Assembly (NCBI GenBank): GCA_003344405.1
Contig: NOWV01000012.1
Span: 186,001-250,000, forward strand
Direction of reading: 5' to 3'
DNA from: Trichoplax sp. H2
Lineage: Eukaryota
DNA: 64,000 bases
The notes under the pieces are model-generated. The model was not told the DNA's origin, did not search any database, and saw only the letters and a program-made list of their open reading frames with translations. The stretch's first letter is position 1. The number at the start of each line of letters is the position of its first letter. Of the stretch, positions 30,392 through 42,127 are shown piece by piece. Made by a program: the position numbers and the translations under genes.

Positions 30392-32989
30392 TTGACCAAT
30401 CTGATAATAATTACTTTTATCTACTTGGCTCTGATAATGCCCTCTATTCGACACATGGCTGATGGAAGCCAGGGTAAATCTTACGCATTTAAAGATGGAG
30501 ATATCATTCTTGGTGGGTTATTTCCAATTCATGAATTTCTATCTGATCAAAATTGCGGTAATATAAGAGAAACAGAAATTTCATTACAATTAATGCATGC
30601 CATGATCTACGCTGTTCAATCTATTAATAACAGAAAGGATCTATTACCAGGTATACAGTTAGGATTTCAAATTCGCGATTCCTGTTCTCGTGACACCATT
30701 GCATTAAAAGAATCTCTACTAATGCTAACTCGCCCTGATTCTAATTTCAATACCAGCCTCGCTAGTCAGTATAAGATATTACCAAGTTGTGCTAACAATA
30801 ATTCACGAAAATATAATAATGCTTCACAAAAACGCATTGTTGGCGTTATCGGACCGGGCAGTAGTCGTGAATCAGTTCTTGTTTCTGATTTATTAAATAT
30901 CTTTCGTATACCACAAATCAGTTACAGTTCGACTAGTGATGACTTGAGTGAGAAAGAGAGATATAAATATTTCCTTCGTACTGTTCCTCGTGATTATCTA
31001 CAAGTCCGTGCAATGATTGATCTATGCTTACACTATAATTGGTCTTATGTTCAATTCGTCTATTCTGAAGGCAGTTATGGTGAAAATGGATTTAAAAATT
31101 TTCGTTCACAAATTACTACTCTCAATCTATGTATCGCTGCTGAATATGAACTAGCTCAATCGGCGCCTACACATCGCTACGATACAGTAATGAGTAGTAT
31201 ACTTAGCAAAAGTAATAAGGCTAAAGTTGTAATTTTATTCTGTAATTGGGGCGAAATGGCAAAATTATTTGAAGCTGCCGATCGTGCTAATGCTGCTGGT
31301 AGGATAATATTTATAGGTAGTGACGATTGGACTACTAATACTTATTATATGAATAGTAGTAATTATGTCGCAGAAGGATCTCTTTATTTTCAACTTCATG
31401 GCGAGTATGTTAGAGATTTCGATCGTTATTTTACTCAATTAACGCCGTATAATGTGGATCGAATACAAGATCCATGGTTTAACGAATCTTGGCAAGCTAA
31501 TTTCAATTGCAATCTTCCACCAGCGACAGAAAATATATGTGACAAAAGTTTACGATGGACTAATGTAACGGGTGGATTTACTCAAGGTCGTAAAATAATT
31601 TATGTTATTAATGGTGTGTATGCATATGCACATGCTCTTCATAATATGCATAAAGAATTATGTAAAGGAAAATCAGGTTTATGTTCAGCAATGCAATCGA
31701 TTGATGGTCATTTATTATTCAAGTATTTGTTGAGAGTAAGTTTCATGGATATTGCTAACAGCAGTCGTGTAGAATTCGATAATCAAGGAGATATTAAAAA
31801 TGGGGGTTACGATATTGACAATTTACAAAAAGTAAATAAAAGTTACATTTCAAGAATAGTTGGTATATGGTTGTCAGATGATTTATCATTAAGAAAAGAT
31901 ACAATTCAATGGTCAATTGGTAATTCAAGTCATATTTTAGAATCGGAATGTAGTCAGCCATGTCAGGAAGGACTATTTAAGATTATTAAGGAAGAAATTT
32001 GCTGTTGGGTGTGTACTAGCTGCATTAGCAAGCAGTATTTTAATTATAGTTTAAGTCAATGCGTTGACTGCCCTATAAATTACTGGCCGCATCCTAACCG
32101 AACATTTTGTATTCCAGTTGATATAACTCATATCAATCTCCGTGATGGTATTTCCGTCATTTTAATCATTTTCAGCATTATTGGGATGACATTTGTTGCC
32201 TACCTCTTTTATGTTTATCGAAAATTTAACAACCACCCCACAATCAAAGCATCAGGACGAGAGCTATGCTACTGTATCATGTGTAGTTCTATCGTTATCT
32301 CCATTAATTGTATAACCCCTATTCCAAAACCAACTATTTCTCTATGTGTTTGGTATCGTGTAGCGACTGGTTTAAGCTTTTCGTTATGCTATGGCTCATT
32401 ATTAGTTAAGACAACTCGAATCTATCGCATTTTTCGTCATAGCAAACAGAGCCTAAAAAGGCCATCCTTTACCAGTCCAAAATCGCAAATTTTGTTCGTG
32501 TCGACAATTGTAATTATACGCTTACTCGTTGTTATTACTTGGGTAGGATTAGAACCTCCTGCAATCCAGCGTGAATACTACGATTATGGCAAAGAAATTC
32601 ACTTAAAGTGTAAGCATGCAACAACAGATATGATCATATCAACCTCTATTGATGGCACCTTGATTGTTTTATGTACTGTATTTGCATTCTTAACTCGACA
32701 TCTTCCTGAAAATTATAATGAAGCGAGATTTATCAATTTCTCGATGTTTGCCGTTATTATCGTTTGGTTGGCATTTATTTCGGCTTATTTTACATTTAAA
32801 GTTAATTTACAACCAGTCATGCTTGCCATTACTGGTTATATTTCGGTTATGGCAACCTTACTATTTGTTTTTGTACCTAAATTATATGAAATATTCATTA
32901 ACAAGAAGACTAGCATGGCTCCTAATAATTCCGTCGTCGAGCGTGCAGCTGCAGCCGCAGCTACTGCAGGTAATATGATTATTGCATGA
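30392..32989 (+). CDS. Class C GPCR, metabotropic glutamate receptor-like (GPCR-A), single long exon; start codon unresolved
   Basis: GDIILGGLFPIH, GPGSS, PQISYSSTS, FLRTVPRD, Cys-rich domain, 7TM with KASGRELCY, KTTRIYRIF, LPENYNEARFI, FVPKLY. No in-frame ATG before the signal-like segment (ORF opens at TTG 30392). Confidence 0.93.
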   Translation: MTNLIIITFIYLALIMPSIRHMADGSQGKSYAFKDGDIILGGLFPIHEFLSDQNCGNIRETEISLQLMHAMIYAVQSINNRKDLLPGIQLGFQIRDSCSRDTIALKESLLMLTRPDSNFNTSLASQYKILPSCANNNSRKYNNASQKRIVGVIGPGSSRESVLVSDLLNIFRIPQISYSSTSDDLSEKERYKYFLRTVPRDYLQVRAMIDLCLHYNWSYVQFVYSEGSYGENGFKNFRSQITTLNLCIAAEYELAQSAPTHRYDTVMSSILSKSNKAKVVILFCNWGEMAKLFEAADRANAAGRIIFIGSDDWTTNTYYMNSSNYVAEGSLYFQLHGEYVRDFDRYFTQLTPYNVDRIQDPWFNESWQANFNCNLPPATENICDKSLRWTNVTGGFTQGRKIIYVINGVYAYAHALHNMHKELCKGKSGLCSAMQSIDGHLLFKYLLRVSFMDIANSSRVEFDNQGDIKNGGYDIDNLQKVNKSYISRIVGIWLSDDLSLRKDTIQWSIGNSSHILESECSQPCQEGLFKIIKEEICCWVCTSCISKQYFNYSLSQCVDCPINYWPHPNRTFCIPVDITHINLRDGISVILIIFSIIGMTFVAYLFYVYRKFNNHPTIKASGRELCYCIMCSSIVISINCITPIPKPTISLCVWYRVATGLSFSLCYGSLLVKTTRIYRIFRHSKQSLKRPSFTSPKSQILFVSTIVIIRLLVVITWVGLEPPAIQREYYDYGKEIHLKCKHATTDMIISTSIDGTLIVLCTVFAFLTRHLPENYNEARFINFSMFAVIIVWLAFISAYFTFKVNLQPVMLAITGYISVMATLLFVFVPKLYEIFINKKTSMAPNNSVVERAAAAAATAGNMIIA
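30860..31788. repeat. Left arm of ~0.93-kb inverted repeat (partner ~40719-41647); apparently identical core 30926-31734 / 41581-40773
   Basis: Manual comparison with the reverse complement found no differences in the core, including synonymous sites, and only a few substitutions at the edges. Confidence 0.92.
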
Positions 32990-35900
32990 TCTATTACTAC
33001 CTTTATTCATTAAGGACTTACGAAGAATGAATTAGTAATCATCTAACTGATGACAATTGAATTTAAGTATAAATTCTATGATTGATCAATAATAATTGTT
33101 CATTGCTTTCGCCTAACGGACAATACATTTCAGTTCTTCGGTATTATCATCCGTCGTTAATTTTGCTATAAAATTCGATAGCGCTCCATTTAATTTAGCT
33201 TGTAGTTCATATATAACTTCAATACATTATATGGTACATTATAGCAAGTTAAGTAGATACTAATTTAGCTACTCGTTAATCGTTCTTTGTCACGATGCAT
33301 TGAAAGGATGTACCATTAGCAAGGGAAATTTGATAAATCTGCATGTCATGCTACTATATTAATTATAATAGTCATAGTAAATATAAAATCCTTTCTTCAG
33401 TGTAGTATCATGTAATCAATACCAGTTTTACAATCTAAAATTTATTGTGTTATTCACAATACCGCGTCTAACTATAACGGATAGCTAGTTATATTAATTG
33501 CAATCAGGCTATAATCTTAGATACAGCAGAATATAAATCAAGTAACCAATTGTTATAATGATTTTATCATTCCTTAATTTATCCATATCACCATTTGTTG
33601 GTACATACTAGCCATAATGCACAATCCTAAGACGTTATTTCAACAGCGTCCAAAGTTAGTAACACGAACTACAATTAACTTAGAGCAGTAATACTTACCA
33701 TCTTCTAATACCTAGAAATTATCTCATAGACGTAGGGTAATTAATCGAATAGAATCGATAACCTCCATGAATTAGTATTTTGTAATAGTTCATCAATTTA
33801 ACATTCAAGATGATTACAGTCGACCTATTTCTCTCCGTAGGTTACATAATTTAATTTATTCAGGTTAAAGATTGGTAGGCGATATTATCTACTAATAATT
33901 GATCATCTACTTGTACCATATCAACTACAATCTAGATAAAATTTATAACAACTTTATATCAGAATATACATACAACACAAATTACCTGCATTATACCACG
34001 TATGATTCATTTTAAACACAGCACATAAGCGTTTGTAAGTTTTTGATCAACTACCTTTGCCTCCATTTAATATCTACTGTCGGGATCCAACAAACGTAAT
34101 GAAAATTAATTAAATAAGTTTAAATTTTGGCTGAAATAATGTAACAGTTAGCTTTATATCTTTCCTTTTGAATTGCTAATATTAGAAATATTAGTATTTT
34201 ATTTTATCTTATATTTATTCAACAGTCGGAAATACTACAACAGTAGGCTGAGACATGAGGCATTACACCCTAACTACGCACTTTTAGTATTTCATGGATA
34301 AGTTAGCCAATAGAGTACAGTACGCAAAAATATAGTTTATAATAATGCCAATAAAAGTAATTCCAGTATTAAAAGAATCACTCAATTTTTACTCTTTACC
34401 GTATCATGAAAAATAACCTAATAATGAACTACTACGTCGTTCTTAGATATAAAGTTTGTGATTTTTAATACAACTGTGTCTTCTAATAAGTTTAGTAATA
34501 AATACGTGACCAAATACCCTTTTATTCACAAAAAAGATCCTACATATCAGTTATAATTTATTACATATTCAATACGTGAGATATATCATTAAATACAATT
34601 TAAATTATACAACGTAAGATCACTAATTTATGTCTCTTGAAAAATTTTCAGTCCTCGCTCAAGGAGAAATAGAATGCTATGAATCAGTGCCATAATTACA
34701 TACTGATATGAAATGCTATCTAATAAATATTCGCTGTCCCGCCATCTTCAGAAAATACACAATACAATGCTGTCTTCACATATAGTTTACTAGATTCTTA
34801 AAGGGACTCCTACGTACTGATAGCCTATGGGAATGATCATCCATTATGAATTCTACTTCTCTTCCAAGACTAATAAATTTCTATCAACATTCGAATGAAG
34901 CATTCATAGCTGCACTGACTAAAACCTTTTGTAATCATTTTAAGCTGTAAATACTAGGCGGAAAAAGTTTGTATTAAGCCTCAATTCTTTATATTGATTT
35001 ATAACTGTATTATAAATATCGTATATCGTTCGATCCTGCCATTATGTAAGAACTGAATGTAATAATAATATTTTAATTAGTAATAACACTGAACCCCGTT
35101 TGACTCGGTTTTTCTAGAAAGAGAGTGTTGAATAATTCACATTCACTACGTACTACAGTGATGAATGATAATATAATTTAAAGATAGCCATTGAACTACA
35201 TAAAGAAATAGTCTTAAGTAAATTTTTTCGGTGCTAATTATATATATACATATACTTGGTTCTATTTTGATGGTCTTGAAGTAAATAATAAGGCCAAATT
35301 CTATAAAGAATGATAAATGTCTCTTGACTACTATGTAATATCAGCTATGGAATACTTTGTATTCGTTGTAACTTAACAAAGACTTTTGTGTAAATCGACT
35401 TATGTAGTGAAGAATTTTCTTCTATATTGATGCATCAATTCTCTACTATTTTTCTGAATTATATAATTATTCATAACAATGAATAAAATTACTCTAAAAC
35501 TTAAGGTCAAAGTTCATTTCCTCAACGATTCTAATAATGTGCAATTAGATTAAATATTAGTAACAATCAAATTATTTTAACTTGCTTTCAAAAACTGTAA
35601 TCGAAATCAAGAACCGTATACTGTATGTGCAACCTAGAATACTAAGCTCTATTAGCATTGAGAATTTCAATCACCATTATTGATCTGATGCTGTAATGGC
35701 CAACCGTAGATCTACTCGATATTATCTCGGGATAGAAAATTTAATAAGTTTAAAATTCTTACAAAATGTTGAATTTACTTACATCTATTTATACAACTTG
35801 TATTACTGAATACCAACACTCAATAAAATCAACCAACCGAAATCGTCCTAGACATCGTAGCATTTGAAGATTACAGTAAAGTTATGAGGGCTAATCAAGA

Positions 35901-38900
35901 TCAACTAGGTTACTCTGGCTATTCTATTTTAAATTCTCCATAAAGACTGTTACTAAAATTCAACTACGCAAAGATTCCTGGTGAAATCCTGACTTTATCA
36001 GCAAAGTAACAATAGTACTAAGGATTTATAACCACATTCCTTCAAATATATAAACGCGTAAAAATTAGAGCTATTCCAATTAATCTAGATCGACCAAGAT
36101 AGCCTACTCTACTGTGAAATTTGCAGCTTTGAATTTTGTTCTTAGAATTTCTCTATGTAAATGTGTAAAATGATTGTATGTAGTCTAGAAATATAACAAT
36201 ATAAAGGTCGGATCTAATCTATCAGAATAAGCTAATTTTTAATTCAATCATCTCTCTAGCAAATCTACTATTCAATCATTCAATGTCTTAAAGCTCTACT
36301 TTTTTGTGCAGTGCTATGGCCGGGCCCGTACTGTCAACAAATCCAACAGTAGAGTATTACGTATCTACTAGTAAGAAATTAGAGAACATGACAAAATTGG
36401 AAAGATATTAATCCACGACTAAGTCAACTATGTCCTAAGAATTTGTATCCTACTACATCGTAATTAATCCTCAAATATCATGAAGTTGTGTAAAAATTCT
36501 TTTACTGTAAATGCTAGCACGGTCACTAAGATGCGGTTAAGAATTTACGTCCTAGTAGTTCGTGATTTATAAATTTCATTAACTTATGTAGGAAATCTTT
36601 TACCGCAAATGCTGGCTAAGTCACTCAAAAATTTATGGGATTTAGCTTAGTTAGACAGAAATAATTCAATTTCATATGCTCTAGTGACTTATCGCCTTAT
36701 CACACTCTTTCTTCTGGCATACTTAAGTCAAAGTGTACAACTTTATTAGCTTATACTGTACTATGCATTCATCACCACATAGATATTAATTGTCAGTGTC
36801 ATAATTAGGCCTACCGGGGATAGAATCTAGTATATAAACCAGTACCGTAAATGCCCTAATGCGCAGTCAGTATGCGACATAATAAATACTTCAGACGTGA
36901 ATGTTGCAAAATAAAAAATAAAGGAAATAAGGCAATATATTGAATTTGATTATTTCTCTAACAAATATTGATATCATACAATGAATAACCACTTAAATTC
37001 CTCTACCTTTTCACGATTACAGTATATGGCTAATAAAATACAATATTAGAATGAATCAACACCATCTTAAGAAGCGTGTGCACTTACGTATTAATAGTTT
37101 ACCAAACGCAATATAGGTGCGCGAAAGCTTCTATCATGAGTACTCATATTATAGCTCAGAAAAGTTTACATCAAGATCTACAAAATCAGGCATTAAATAG
37201 TTACATCATTAAAGCGAAAAATGAGATTTAAGCTGTTAGCAAACTGGGTCAAAAACTTAATTATCAACTCAAAATTTGCTATGATTTAAAGACAAGAATT
37301 ATTAGGGTTTTGGAAAACATCTAATGAACGTTCTATAGTGCATTATAGTACTAAATTCAATATCTTAAAAAATGTTTTTGATAATGTATCGTAGCTAATA
37401 TTCACAGAAATATCAGAAAAAATTGACTGATGGCGATTAATTTTCCTTCTCTTATTAAATTGTAAGGATTAAGTAAGGGCGTTGTCGTATTTATTCATAT
37501 TCATATATATTTAGTAAATGTATAATCGGCATTTTTTTATCTTCCTATTGCGATTATCAATAACGTGTAACACAGCAGCATAGTTGCCATACTTATATTT
37601 GTTAATGACAGATTGCTAATAAGGTCTGACGTAATATTCAATCTTTAGAATTAATTAATTATTACGCTAAGTTAAAATAGTTGTTTTGCAGCAGAATTGA
37701 ATATTTAAATACTAATCATTAGTGATTTAAGTTTAATGCACAAACATCGGTGCATGCCATATCTATTTAACTGCTCCCTTATCGAAACGTAATCTTTAAT
37801 TATATATTTTTATAATAGTTTGATTTGTATATTGAAAAATTTTCTGATCTATCTCCAAAAATAGCTAATTCTGATCAATCTTTTAAACTTTATTTAATTT
37901 TTTATTGATACACTCACACGTACAATTTGAGCTATACAAGCCTTAACGGTAAGGCAATATAAGTCATATAATCAAATTGCTATAGAATGATATTTTAGAA
38001 TATTCCAAAGCTAAATGCTAGTGTTCTTTTGCCCAGTAACAAATAAATATGTTCTATAAATAGAATAGTGAGTATAAACCGATTACAGATCTGATGAAGA
38101 AATCATATCTCATTTATATTTTACAAGTATCATAAAGTGAAAAACAAATCATAACAAATAGTTTATTAATTTCAATACATAACATGTAATCAAACTGGGC
38201 AGTTCAATACTAATAAAAACTGTTATTTAGAGATAAAGAATTGAAATGACAGAAAGCAATCATAATCTTTGCACTAATAATACCGTAATAGCAACGTGGT
38301 ACTTGAAATTTAATTTAACCTGTATTATTTGAAGACAGTCCAACAATTTTACTATAAATCCTATCGTGTTGGCAATCATTTATAAATAAGTAATTTTTCT
38401 CAAATTTACGGTTAAATAAAATAAAAATAAATAGTTCCGCTCCTGTCTATATATATGTTACTATATATATAGAGTATACATGCGCACATAAATACCGTAC
38501 CGTACAAATTTATTTATTCAATCGTCTCATACAGTATGCGCTCATGTGAAATATACATTCTGTTATAAAATATTCTCTTGAGAGTACTTATTCCATCTAT
38601 AATATCACGATCTGTTGGCCTATTAAATGTTCTAGAAGTTAATTTAGTTCTACAACAAACGGCATAAGTCATGACTGGATTTTAAATCAAAATAATACGC
38701 GTACTTAGATAATCAAACGATTACTGGAGCGACTGCTAGAATGGTGGTCATATTGAAATTGGATCAGTACCTTTAATAAATCCTACAATTACATTTATGT
38801 AGTAGTCCAAGTCATATCATGAATACATGACACATGCATTACACAATTTTAGTTTAAATACTATATGTAAATTTTAATATCGGTATACTTGTGATACTCG

Positions 38901-39505
38901 AAACTGCTAGATTTTAAGCTCAATTATTATTATACATAGATTTTTATAAATGCTTAAAATTCTTGCATTACCTAAATCTTTAATATTTGAACCATTTCCA
39001 GTTGACGAATCGATGTGATGATCATTATAAAAGCTTAGTTGCCTACAAGACTAAAATTTTAACCAGATTTCAAAATACCCTTAATACATTAACGCATATG
39101 TGCAGTTATTTTCCTTAATAAGATATATCACAAACGTGATTTATCTCAATAACAAGCTATCCCTAATCAGTAACATGATAACAATAGCAGGTATGGAATC
39201 AATATTTGGTTACTACAGAATATATCAACCTCCAATCAATCTCACACCGTATAATAACAGTAAAAGTAACATTTATTTTATCGAACTTGTCTTATACTGC
39301 ACCACTAACAGTCAAGTTGTTTAATTAGTATTGGCATATATGGTAGCCAATAATTAATGCCGATAATATGTATTTATATCGATCATTTTTAAAAGATTGC
39401 GCCTGATTTTCCTTTAAGGATCGCAAAATAATTGTAATTCTTATTTACAACAAGTTCATAAGATGAAAATATTTGTAAATTCGGAGGAATTAATACTTTT
39501 AAAAT

Positions 39506-42127
39506 TTAATGGCCCCCTAGAAATAAATTTCCGCTAGATAATGTAGCCGTTGGTGCTGGTTTAATTGCAAGATTATTTGACATCCCATGAACGTTTCCAT
39601 TGCTGAAACCAAATATACGTAATAACTTGGGCACAAATAAAAATAATATGGTTACCGTTACAGAAATATAATCAGCAATAGGGATAATCAAAGGTCGCAA
39701 TCTGGGATCACTTGTAAAGTAGGCTGGAATAAAAGCTAGCCATACAATCATGACTGCAAACATGGAGAAATTAATAAATTTGGCTTCATTAAAATTTTCC
39801 GGCAAATGACGAGTTAAAAATGCAAATACAGTGCAAACAATGATTAAACAACTGTCAGCACCTAATGTAATCACCATTCCAACGACAGATTCATTACATA
39901 TTAATCTTATTTCTTCGCCATGCTTATATTCTACGCGACGCACTCCAGGTGGTTCTATAATAATCCAAACAAGTACAATTAACAATCGTAAAGCCACAAT
40001 GGTAGCTACCATAAATAGTTGTGATCTAGGGCTAATAAGGGATGGACGTTTTAATGTTGCATTATTATGATTAAAGATTCGATAAATTCGTGTCGTTTTA
40101 ACAAATATAGCACCATAGCATAAAGAAAAGCTAAACCCTATTGAGATTCGAAACCATATGCATATTGGCATATTCGGTCTCCATAGTGGTACTACGCAGT
40201 TAGTACAAATGATACCAAAGCTAAACATAATGCAATAGCAGAGCTCACGTCCTGAAGCTTTAATTATAGGATGAAGATTAAATTTAACGTAGATAATTAC
40301 CAACGAGATTAAAAATGCTCCACCCATTCCAGCGAAGATAATTACGGTAATTGCAATTGCCTCTTCGGCTTCCATATGGGTTATATTGACTCTATTACAT
40401 GCTGTTCTATTTTGTTGCGGCCAATAACCCGCTGGACAGTCAATACACTGGCTCAGAGTATAATTGAAATACTGTTTGCTAATACATTCAGCACATACCC
40501 AACAACAAATTTCTTCTTTAGTAATTTTAAATAGTCCTTCCTGACATGGCTGACTACATTCCGATTCTAAAATATGACTCGAATTACCAATCGGCCAATA
40601 AATATCGTCTTCGCTTAATAATAAATCTTCTAACATCCACACACCAACTTTTTGAGATCGATAATTATCACTTTTCCGTTGCAAGTTATCAATATCGTAA
40701 CCTCCCTCCCTGATATCCCCTTGATTATCGAATTCTACATGACTGCTGTTAGCAATATCCATGAAACTTACCCTCAACAAATACTTGAATAATAAATGAC
40801 CATCAATCGATTGCATTGCTGAACATAAACCTGATTTTCCTTTACATAATTCTTTATGCATATTATGAAGAGCATGTGCATATGCATACACACCATTAAT
40901 AACATAAATTATTTTACGACCTTGAGTAAATCCACCCGTTACATTAGTCCATCGTAAACTTTTGTCACATATATTTTCTGTCGCTGGTGGAAGATTGCAA
41001 TTGAAATTAGCTTGCCAAGATTCGTTAAACCATGGATCTTGTATTCGATCCACATTATACGGCGTTAATTGAGTAAAATAACGATCGAAATCTCTAACAT
41101 ACTCGCCATGAAGTTGAAAATAAAGAGATCCTTCTGCGACATAATTACTACTATTCATATAATAAGTATTAGTAGTCCAATCGTCACTACCTATAAATAT
41201 TATCCTACCAGCAGCATTAGCACGATCGGCAGCTTCAAATAATTTTGCCATTTCGCCCCAATTACAGAATAAAATTACAACTTTAGCCTTATTACTTTTG
41301 CTAAGTATACTACTCATTACTGTATCGTAGCGATGTGTAGGCGCCGATTGAGCTAGTTCATATTCAGCAGCGATACATAGATTGAGAGTAGTAATTTGTG
41401 AACGAAAATTTTTAAATCCATTTTCACCATAACTGCCTTCAGAATAGACGAATTGAACATAAGACCAATTATAGTGTAAGCATAGATCAATCATTGCACG
41501 GACTTGTAGATAATCACGAGGAACAGTACGAAGGAAATATTTATATCTCTCTTTCTCACTCAAGTCATCACTAGTCGAACTATAGCTGATTTGTGGTATA
41601 CGAAAGATATTCAATAAATCAGAAACAAGAACTGATTCACGACTACTACCAGGTCCAATTAATCCAATAATTTGTTGGCGTTGAAAACGTTCATCAATTT
41701 CAGGTTGTGAGTCATTAGCACATCTTGGCAGATTACGATACTGATCTAAAAAATTACCCACCGAGTCACGTCCATTAGGAGTTAACATTAAGATCGATTC
41801 CCTTAATGCGATGGTATCCCTTGAGCAGGTGTCATGTATATGGAAGCCTAACTTAATACCAGGTAATAAATCTTCTCTGTTGTTTATGCGTTGAATAGCG
41901 TAGATCATGGCATGCATTAACTGTAATGATATCTCAGTCTCTCGTATTTGGCCACAACTTTGATTTGAACTGCTAAATTGATGGATTGGAAATAATCCAC
42001 CAATAATAATATCACCAGGTTGATAGCCGTAGGCTCTATTATCAGATAAACTGTCATTACTTTGAACCAGGATCGACGTAATTAAGATGAAATAATGTAG
42101 TGATATATAGCTTAATAGATGTAACAT
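39506..42127 (-). CDS. Class C GPCR, metabotropic glutamate receptor-like (GPCR-B), single exon, ~873 aa from ATG 42127
   Basis: Signal peptide MLHLLSYISLHYFILITSILVQS; same VFT/CRD/7TM motifs as GPCR-A; convergent paralogue. Confidence 0.95.
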   Translation of the reverse strand: MLHLLSYISLHYFILITSILVQSNDSLSDNRAYGYQPGDIIIGGLFPIHQFSSSNQSCGQIRETEISLQLMHAMIYAIQRINNREDLLPGIKLGFHIHDTCSRDTIALRESILMLTPNGRDSVGNFLDQYRNLPRCANDSQPEIDERFQRQQIIGLIGPGSSRESVLVSDLLNIFRIPQISYSSTSDDLSEKERYKYFLRTVPRDYLQVRAMIDLCLHYNWSYVQFVYSEGSYGENGFKNFRSQITTLNLCIAAEYELAQSAPTHRYDTVMSSILSKSNKAKVVILFCNWGEMAKLFEAADRANAAGRIIFIGSDDWTTNTYYMNSSNYVAEGSLYFQLHGEYVRDFDRYFTQLTPYNVDRIQDPWFNESWQANFNCNLPPATENICDKSLRWTNVTGGFTQGRKIIYVINGVYAYAHALHNMHKELCKGKSGLCSAMQSIDGHLLFKYLLRVSFMDIANSSHVEFDNQGDIREGGYDIDNLQRKSDNYRSQKVGVWMLEDLLLSEDDIYWPIGNSSHILESECSQPCQEGLFKITKEEICCWVCAECISKQYFNYTLSQCIDCPAGYWPQQNRTACNRVNITHMEAEEAIAITVIIFAGMGGAFLISLVIIYVKFNLHPIIKASGRELCYCIMFSFGIICTNCVVPLWRPNMPICIWFRISIGFSFSLCYGAIFVKTTRIYRIFNHNNATLKRPSLISPRSQLFMVATIVALRLLIVLVWIIIEPPGVRRVEYKHGEEIRLICNESVVGMVITLGADSCLIIVCTVFAFLTRHLPENFNEAKFINFSMFAVMIVWLAFIPAYFTSDPRLRPLIIPIADYISVTVTILFLFVPKLLRIFGFSNGNVHGMSNNLAIKPAPTATLSSGNLFLGGH
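40719..41647. repeat. Right arm of the inverted repeat shared with GPCR-A
   Basis: Reverse complement of ~30860-31788. Confidence 0.92.

Noticed and set aside
33000-39500. A recombinase or transposon between the GPCRs
   Set aside because: Only AT-rich DNA with no credible ORF; any inversion would have to rely on general homologous recombination.
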